DNA of 64,000 bases from Monocercomonoides exilis PA203 (Eukaryota; Protista; Preaxostyla), in the NCBI GenBank assembly GCA_001643675.2, contig LSRY02000002.1, positions 1,984,001 to 2,048,000 on the forward strand, written 5' to 3'. A program made the translations under genes and the position numbers. Under the pieces are notes generated by a model that did no database searches, was not told where the DNA came from, and saw only the letters and a list, made by a program, of their open reading frames with translations. Of this stretch, positions 59,601-64,000 are shown in pieces (within the stretch, counting starts at the first letter, position 1; each line of letters begins with the position of its first letter).

Positions 59601-62600
59601 TAAAATGAGGCATTATTGTCTTCATGCTCTTGCATACTCTGATTCATCTCTTCTTGCCTCTCGCATGTTCCCTTTTCTTTGCAAATTTCTGAATTAAAAT
59701 TTGTGCCATTCGAATGTTCGGCTTGCGATTCCTCAGAAATTGTATCCAATTCACATTCATCTGCAGCAATCAGAGTCTCTTCGCCTTGCGCAGGAGATTG
59801 CTGCATTTCTGAAACAGGTTTTTCCTTTTTTATTTGAAATGATGATTTCTCTGGTTGTTTTTGGTGCTTCCTCCTTTTCTTTTTGTGTGATTTGACCTCA
59901 AAACATTTTGCACAAACGACAATTAGAAACGACTCACTAATAAACTCTGCATATTTAAAATAATAACTACTCTGTTTTTTGAAAGTCCTCCTCCTTTGAT
60001 GACTGACTTGGCTCTTTTGATTTTCGCCTTCTTCCACTTTTGGTTGAAATATGGAAAAACTTAGGGACGATGAAGAAACTGATAGAGATGAAAAAGAGTT
60101 CATTGAAGAATTGTTCGTGCTCAAACTTTGTGAATTAAGAGACGAAGATGGAGAAAGGCTCGAAAAAGATGAATCTTCATCAGATGGATATTTGACTTTT
60201 GGATGCGATTGGACAATTGATTTCCCGTTAATTGTGACTATTGAATTTAATTTTCCGTTGCTTTGTAGAGAGTCAGATAAAGAAGGCGGTTGATAAGAGA
60301 ATATCGTTAGCAAGCTGTTGTCAATTGATGAAATGACCATGAGGGGCAAATTGCACAATTTTGAAACATTTGAAGCAAAATTTGAAGCTGCTTCCAATTG
60401 AACATGCTGCTTTGGGAAAAATGACTCATTTGAATAATCTGTTAAAAGAAATGCAAGTGAAAGATTTCTTTTGGTGTCTCTTTGATGTAAAATTTGAGCA
60501 TTTGATAAAATTTGACTATTTGATGCAGATAGTGCAAAGTCAATGAGAATTGGAGTGGATGGAAGGAACTCACTATTTGACCTACAAATTTGTGAAAAGT
60601 TACCATCAAGCAAAGTCATATTAGAGTTTGGATAATGAGCTTGAAAATGGCTTTGAGTTTGATGCTCTGTTGAATTAAAGTCAAACTCAGTTCTTAATTC
60701 ATTTTCATGTTGAAATCGATCATTTTCAACAAGATTCTGTTCAGAGACTATCTCAAAAGTCTTTTTGATAAATTTCCATTGAATTGCTCTGTTTTCATTT
60801 GTGTCTTTCTTTGATTGGCTTTCAACACTTTTTGAATACTGACTACCTTGCCCAGAATCTTTATTTTCTTGGAGGTTGTTTGTGTGATCATCTGGGATAT
60901 GAACATCGATATCATCAGCTTCATCAAAAGCATCATTGCCTTCAGTAACTTCAGTTGTTGATGTTTCTGATTCGTCTTCAACCATTTGCGTGTTATCAAA
61001 GACTTTCTGTCTATTTCCATTTTGACCTGAATCATCTGTTGATAGCTGTTTTTTAACAGTTTGATTTGAAGGAAGATAAAAAGGCGGTATTTGCAAAGAA
61101 TTTGAGGAATACGAGTTAAAGTTTGAGTAATTTGAATGAGCCATCTTTTCTGCATCAGCAATCGTTGCAATAGTTTTTGTTCGTTGCTGTTTCGGTGAAC
61201 GAATTGGATCAAATGGTTCATCATGCTCACATTCTTCTCTACCTTCTTCTTTGTCACCTCTGCTTTTTGAAGAGTTGCTCAATGCAGGATTCAACACTGG
61301 AGACGATGCGCCATTGGCCGAAGTTTGTTCCTTAATGTGGGTTTTTGGGGAATTGAAAAATAGAGAGAAAGGAGAGAAAGGAGTTGAAGTGACTGGCGTT
61401 GTCTTTGATCTTGTTAGTGTGTTATGAACAGGTGTAGTTATCAGATGTGGAGGAGTCGAAGGAGTTAATACATCGTGCTCTTTATGATTCTGCTGGGGCA
61501 GAATAATCAAGGAAGGGGAAGTGATAGTTGAAGATAGTGGATTTACAGTTGTTTTTTCTGACGAGGACTTAGCATCTTCGATTGAATGAGATGTGGAAGG
61601 TGTGATTATACTTGTAAGTAACGGTGAAACATTGGCGGATAATAAAACAGATTTTGATGTATCACTTTTATCATCCTGTTCTTCAATATCCATTTTTCCA
61701 GTGATATTTTCTGCAAGTTCTTTTTCTTCTGGAGTCTGCTTTTCTTTAACAATCTCATCGAGGTCATCCTCAGAATCAATCAGAGTGTTTCCAAAAGCCT
61801 TTTCTCTCATTTCGTCAGACGAATCTGTCTCTGGCTGCGTCGAAACATCAGTTTCAATATCTTCTTCATCAATAAACTCTGTTTTCTTCTTTTGAGAATG
61901 CGTTTTTTCTTTTTTCAATGAGGAATCATCCCGTTTCATTTCCATCGTTGTAGCATCATCAGCTGAAGAAGACGCTTCTTGATTTTTCTTTATTTCTTTC
62001 AACGAATCATCACTGTTATTACTCTCATCGAACGTTTTGTGTTTAATTATCAGGTTTGCTTCATTATCTTTTACAAATAGTTGCTCCTTTACTGTTTCCT
62101 TTTCTTGCTTCATATCACCAGAAATACCCTGTTTCATTGGAAGCTCTTCAGATAATTCCTTTCCTTTGAATTCTTCATGCTGCTGCGGACGTACCACATA
62201 TATTGAAGATATAGGCAATCGAAATGTCGAAGGAAACGATACAGAAGAAAATAATAAATTAATCTTTTGCCTAAGCACCGATTCATTAGAACTTAAAGAT
62301 TTATTCGCCTTCATATTGTTTGTGGAAGAATCCGAAACTGAATGAGAAAAGATGTTGTTTGACGTAGCTTCTGGATTATTCTTCAAAAGCTTCCGCGATC
62401 CATGTGACGAAGTAGTTACATCAAGTGGAAGAGAAGACGAACGATTTACTGTTTTTGCAGAGGATTCAGCAACCAACAGTGTTGACGGTGGACTTGTCGA
62501 TGATATGCTCCGTTCATGTGTAAGAGGCGATTTTCGAGAAAGAGAAGAGGACAAACGAGGAGACAAAAGCGACAATGGACTCTTTTGGGAATCCTTTGAG

Positions 62601-64000
62601 AGAGGAGATTGAGAAGGCAGATTTGAAGAAGATTGTGAGTTCTTTTCTTTCAAAGATGAACGTGTGTGATGTATTGTGGTTGGCAAAAATGAATCAGGAG
62701 AAGTTGATGAAGAAATGCGTCTTCCAGGCGAAGGCGTGGAAATTGACGAAGAATGAGAATGGCTCTGTGAAGACAATGAATGATTGAGGGAAAGCGAGGA
62801 AGGCGAAAACTGACTCGGAGAAAACGAAAGCAGGTCGCTGTCAGATTCAGGCACGAATGGCGAACGGCGCGTCGTGCTTGTTGTGAGGCTGATGTTAGTT
62901 GATGTCTTATCTGGAGAGGTGTTATAAACAACAGTATCAGTTTTATCTGCAGGGATTGACCGCTGAGGAGGGCTTACAACGATGGTAGAAGACAAAGGCA
63001 CTGGAGGGGGAAGCACAATAGAGGAACCAAAAGGCACATTTGAAGACTTGTTGTCTGACGAAGGTGAACGACGAATAGTACCAGATAATGTTTGAGCATT
63101 GTTTGGTGAATGAGAAGATGCTGATTGCAACTCTTTAATGAGTGTGGGTGATGTTTTTGATTCTTTGTTTTGTGCAATTTGTGAGGAAGAACGAAACTCT
63201 CCAGACTGAACAGATGGAACCAGTTGCATGCCATTCAAAGACGATATGGTTTGAGGAGCAGAAGAACAAGATGTGTGCGACGGAAGTGAAGGAAGCATCC
63301 TCGTAAACGGTGACAGAGAAAGCTGTGATGCTGTTTGTGGCGTAAGTAATTTTGAAGAGTGAGAATGAAGTTCAATCTGAGAAGAAGGATTATGAAAAAG
63401 TTGATTTGAAGGAGAAGAAGAACGAGTGGATCGAAAGCGAAGCGAAGCCGAAGTGGTGCTCTTTTGAGAAGAAGAAGAAAAAGACGACGACAACGAAAGC
63501 GTCGAGGAAGGCAGGAATGGAACAGTAATTGAAGGCGAGTTCTGAGGAGAGACAGAAGGCGTGCCACTTCTCAAGTTCTGCTCGTCTGCATCTCCATCAC
63601 CATCATCATCATCACCCTCATTGTTCAGGAAAAGAGAAGTGTAGCGCTTCTGTGGTCGTAGCAAGAACGATGGAGCAGCTTTTGCCATATCAAGTTTCTT
63701 GACTCGTTTCGAAGTATTTCTCTGACTGCTTTGCTGAGAATGAGAAGAGGCAGAAAATCGGAAAGTGGGAAGATGACCAAGAGAAGGCGGAGAAGAAAGA
63801 GGAGATGTTGCTGGAGATGCTGAAGTAATAGATGAATTAGAAGAAGAAATAGAAGATGTAGAAGACGAAGGAAATGACGAAGATGGCGATGGGCTGGTTA
63901 TGATGTGGATGGACGATTGAGTTGAAGAAGGGATAATGAATGGCGGTTTTTCAAGTGACGATTGAGATGATTGTGTGGAATGGAGTATTAATTGGTGCTG
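53675..64000 (-). CDS. Giant (>3400 aa) Ser/Glu/Gln-rich, largely disordered protein with a possible beta-propeller-like C-terminal region; 5'-truncated
   Basis: The reading frame appears to stay open upstream of the ATG at 63688 toward the window edge. It has many SQ/TQ motifs and a WD-like LLGCKLNGEVSIWDV segment near the C-terminus. Confidence 0.8.
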   Translation of the reverse strand, partial: QHQLILHSTQSSQSSLEKPPFIIPSSTQSSIHIITSPSPSSSFPSSSTSSISSSNSSITSASPATSPLSSPPSLGHLPTFRFSASSHSQQSSQRNTSKRVKKLDMAKAAPSFLLRPQKRYTSLFLNNEGDDDDGDGDADEQNLRSGTPSVSPQNSPSITVPFLPSSTLSLSSSFSSSSQKSTTSASLRFRSTRSSSPSNQLFHNPSSQIELHSHSSKLLTPQTASQLSLSPFTRMLPSLPSHTSCSSAPQTISSLNGMQLVPSVQSGEFRSSSQIAQNKESKTSPTLIKELQSASSHSPNNAQTLSGTIRRSPSSDNKSSNVPFGSSIVLPPPVPLSSTIVVSPPQRSIPADKTDTVVYNTSPDKTSTNISLTTSTTRRSPFVPESDSDLLSFSPSQFSPSSLSLNHSLSSQSHSHSSSISTPSPGRRISSSTSPDSFLPTTIHHTRSSLKEKNSQSSSNLPSQSPLSKDSQKSPLSLLSPRLSSSLSRKSPLTHERSISSTSPPSTLLVAESSAKTVNRSSSLPLDVTTSSHGSRKLLKNNPEATSNNIFSHSVSDSSTNNMKANKSLSSNESVLRQKINLLFSSVSFPSTFRLPISSIYVVRPQQHEEFKGKELSEELPMKQGISGDMKQEKETVKEQLFVKDNEANLIIKHKTFDESNNSDDSLKEIKKNQEASSSADDATTMEMKRDDSSLKKEKTHSQKKKTEFIDEEDIETDVSTQPETDSSDEMREKAFGNTLIDSEDDLDEIVKEKQTPEEKELAENITGKMDIEEQDDKSDTSKSVLLSANVSPLLTSIITPSTSHSIEDAKSSSEKTTVNPLSSTITSPSLIILPQQNHKEHDVLTPSTPPHLITTPVHNTLTRSKTTPVTSTPFSPFSLFFNSPKTHIKEQTSANGASSPVLNPALSNSSKSRGDKEEGREECEHDEPFDPIRSPKQQRTKTIATIADAEKMAHSNYSNFNSYSSNSLQIPPFYLPSNQTVKKQLSTDDSGQNGNRQKVFDNTQMVEDESETSTTEVTEGNDAFDEADDIDVHIPDDHTNNLQENKDSGQGSQYSKSVESQSKKDTNENRAIQWKFIKKTFEIVSEQNLVENDRFQHENELRTEFDFNSTEHQTQSHFQAHYPNSNMTLLDGNFSQICRSNSEFLPSTPILIDFALSASNSQILSNAQILHQRDTKRNLSLAFLLTDYSNESFFPKQHVQLEAASNFASNVSKLCNLPLMVISSIDNSLLTIFSYQPPSLSDSLQSNGKLNSIVTINGKSIVQSHPKVKYPSDEDSSFSSLSPSSSLNSQSLSTNNSSMNSFSSLSVSSSSLSFSIFQPKVEEGENQKSQVSHQRRRTFKKQSSYYFKYAEFISESFLIVVCAKCFEVKSHKKKRRKHQKQPEKSSFQIKKEKPVSEMQQSPAQGEETLIAADECELDTISEESQAEHSNGTNFNSEICKEKGTCERQEEMNQSMQEHEDNNASFYFSNLKSTFGTRENRNDITNCPQEENNLMGVNEECTQPTLVEEQLEESSFMETFHRNEVNNDLQIKVQGEEKEADKIDATLVTDDGEMTQLSFEQPIDLIDEAEKYQSAEHLDESKQKNQSMKGVDNQISELPFELPRNFKHSLFPSSETTNNLQQSNQSYISNDSANDSSFQRKNGLLSFISNDSNSQSMNGTQASDHNPSNNEFYLKKASLSQLPQEMGVSPTALILPPVPISTQPLSLSADSSGTVASFPTANYSQSESQSISLSQYVSFAQPRPLQIVDETVRIDEDDDENDSLDDIVNKKYEEVIENEGKTLNVDNQQNMHFDACQNETQLNNDTQCDDALFQPPSKKPNSTLLSTLNKVSGEYPRSRDTLLVTQSNPEKQNTNSKLSNPAAWEQKSTPIPLTSAPTFESSQLSNAFSEESQSLVSYLPRHVFHDVVPSATSDKLLNSQAFQNRDSISVGKSAPFSISSFNPYPFPSTSAALASVFVHSINNNSPTQSISSISPPSFVPPFSPQPFFGKASAATMFSSKASPFNTVPSSSSSSPNIGSTFTQIHKRHQIHPLLLLSFEKGDSQSNNLSQSSTPSASSLHSQNQSQPLYFTPPSSQLTQEFTASQLSPLTPHTRRAMIEKMNQKLHRFSSPISQTQELSQSQLSPGTWRGNGEGKTPKREKKKREEKVMRIPPELLEKLREKMEPCSATQETFVCDDADSFLNSSNALQKNEKASSKLIKRRKNARKKARRDRIESKKSQLFGSAEDETSSTEVTDVTEVTDTTEAEDKDEGGTESTVATDDGAVTDTTEETEVEESQNIMINSNENPSKDDKELTTKFAPPLPSTDVIGSPEIDKTDSLFANESTFRSSFMPSLHRQRQPKAIVSQPAIPISATDTPLQTQHSIPFTYPMKRPSFFSMLYKAHQQEENEEEEEEETTDIENEVENDIGIEEGSAAERVPAQVDRNGDKNLFYHGDWTRSEHGKGDDFQVKYAVPVADSYNASTQNTLIIPETDARSIKETAIGDTLMCMDIESNTNNVSYEEEKTQETLIDIDAFNETNIVKNFCETQPTLIEEGDQGSEDVNLLLIENDDHEMIEDNVNETLPTQIEEDNSFLDDKNDSKKQELDYFRAIHSGELEIVSRDREETQPTLIEETLDQENWNNMDIMPEEVEEKKAMENISMKNVGNCCDECTETMKTEEDLDNSSNEAYTTCIVPCENNEASGENQDIIHDECYISTATNRHSPNETNHALQESQNASKAICTSVISEDIGNSQKINYKSRCKPSRLLVSLMSLTNELFSAENQSKTLISSHLFHLLLPPRIKSHLQKGASYSSTSSQRKNQILDVSSEASNKQLFEDNRTIDNFSKVVISGYVLNSEKKDAFISSNSCKSDGSIFVAIALSKYKPVIFRIANSSIEEASSCSPAYIFTFLSSASTVSSNSLISSKAIPRTRFSMYYQNRMKIFRKTRNDYVSPISASLKETDKERIKHKESTDCDRCQKANDPQNESSSEIYERISSFCFVPIFIPYCSDEPDIKICKSFSKDSNEHTKISSDNEEEKIDEQNSNIAKEHFNYTPQPSFLKTPDLNLKSLTPGNTAITPSHIPQTPSSSSTTQASISATEHTLMKGRTLGIKRRIQLKKNLRPKSQVKRFIRTNSSMQRETLLLTKKHSESKNCCLLLLGCKLNGEVSIWDVSSLQHSAKYIPPLVQHSRPNCSKISTPIKNQSSRSIESVISTQLVKQSPSLYSLFSISLAPLFRNLSFEFSSKSDHQTPTSVHFAMPVEVQCERHFDDKSYYFCKAFDPLIHSKEIANLQKKTASYLDDCVKAKNDNSSTNDSRFSHLHSLWIWSKNTKWEKITQATSRPDVLNISNDLMKSSVGFFVICRSLRVNENESSSETSESTHEHSSTKLQLCIFSAIVTPQSSTFHFIPIRYTETTVSNLSFELPLKIFIFDGFIFIPFLHSHLVRWDWIFSNNVEIISI

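Overview
AT-rich eukaryotic (protist) genomic DNA with short GT-AG introns and the standard genetic code. The gene families present look like those of an oxymonad such as Monocercomonoides; this is an inference from recalled family features, not a database result. Positions 13.9-64 kb are compact, ordinary gene space: a 3976-aa beta-helix-repeat receptor with a degenerate kinase tail, an expanded Nup205, a C2-domain protein, NME5/NDK5, a GDPD, a second beta-helix membrane protein, a bacterial-type ferritin with introns and a giant low-complexity protein. Positions 2.9-13.4 kb form an accessory island with three parts. First, an intronless, minimal and divergent NAD+-dependent (LigA-type) DNA ligase, an enzyme class typical of bacteria and large DNA viruses. 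Second, two adjacent non-autonomous elements (4571-7423 and 7741-11528) that share an unusual asymmetric end architecture (9-bp direct repeat, TAYA, CCT...AGG, 3 nt, 9-bp direct repeat) and carry decayed host-gene fragments, resembling Pack-MULEs. Third, a TA-flanked foldback MITE.
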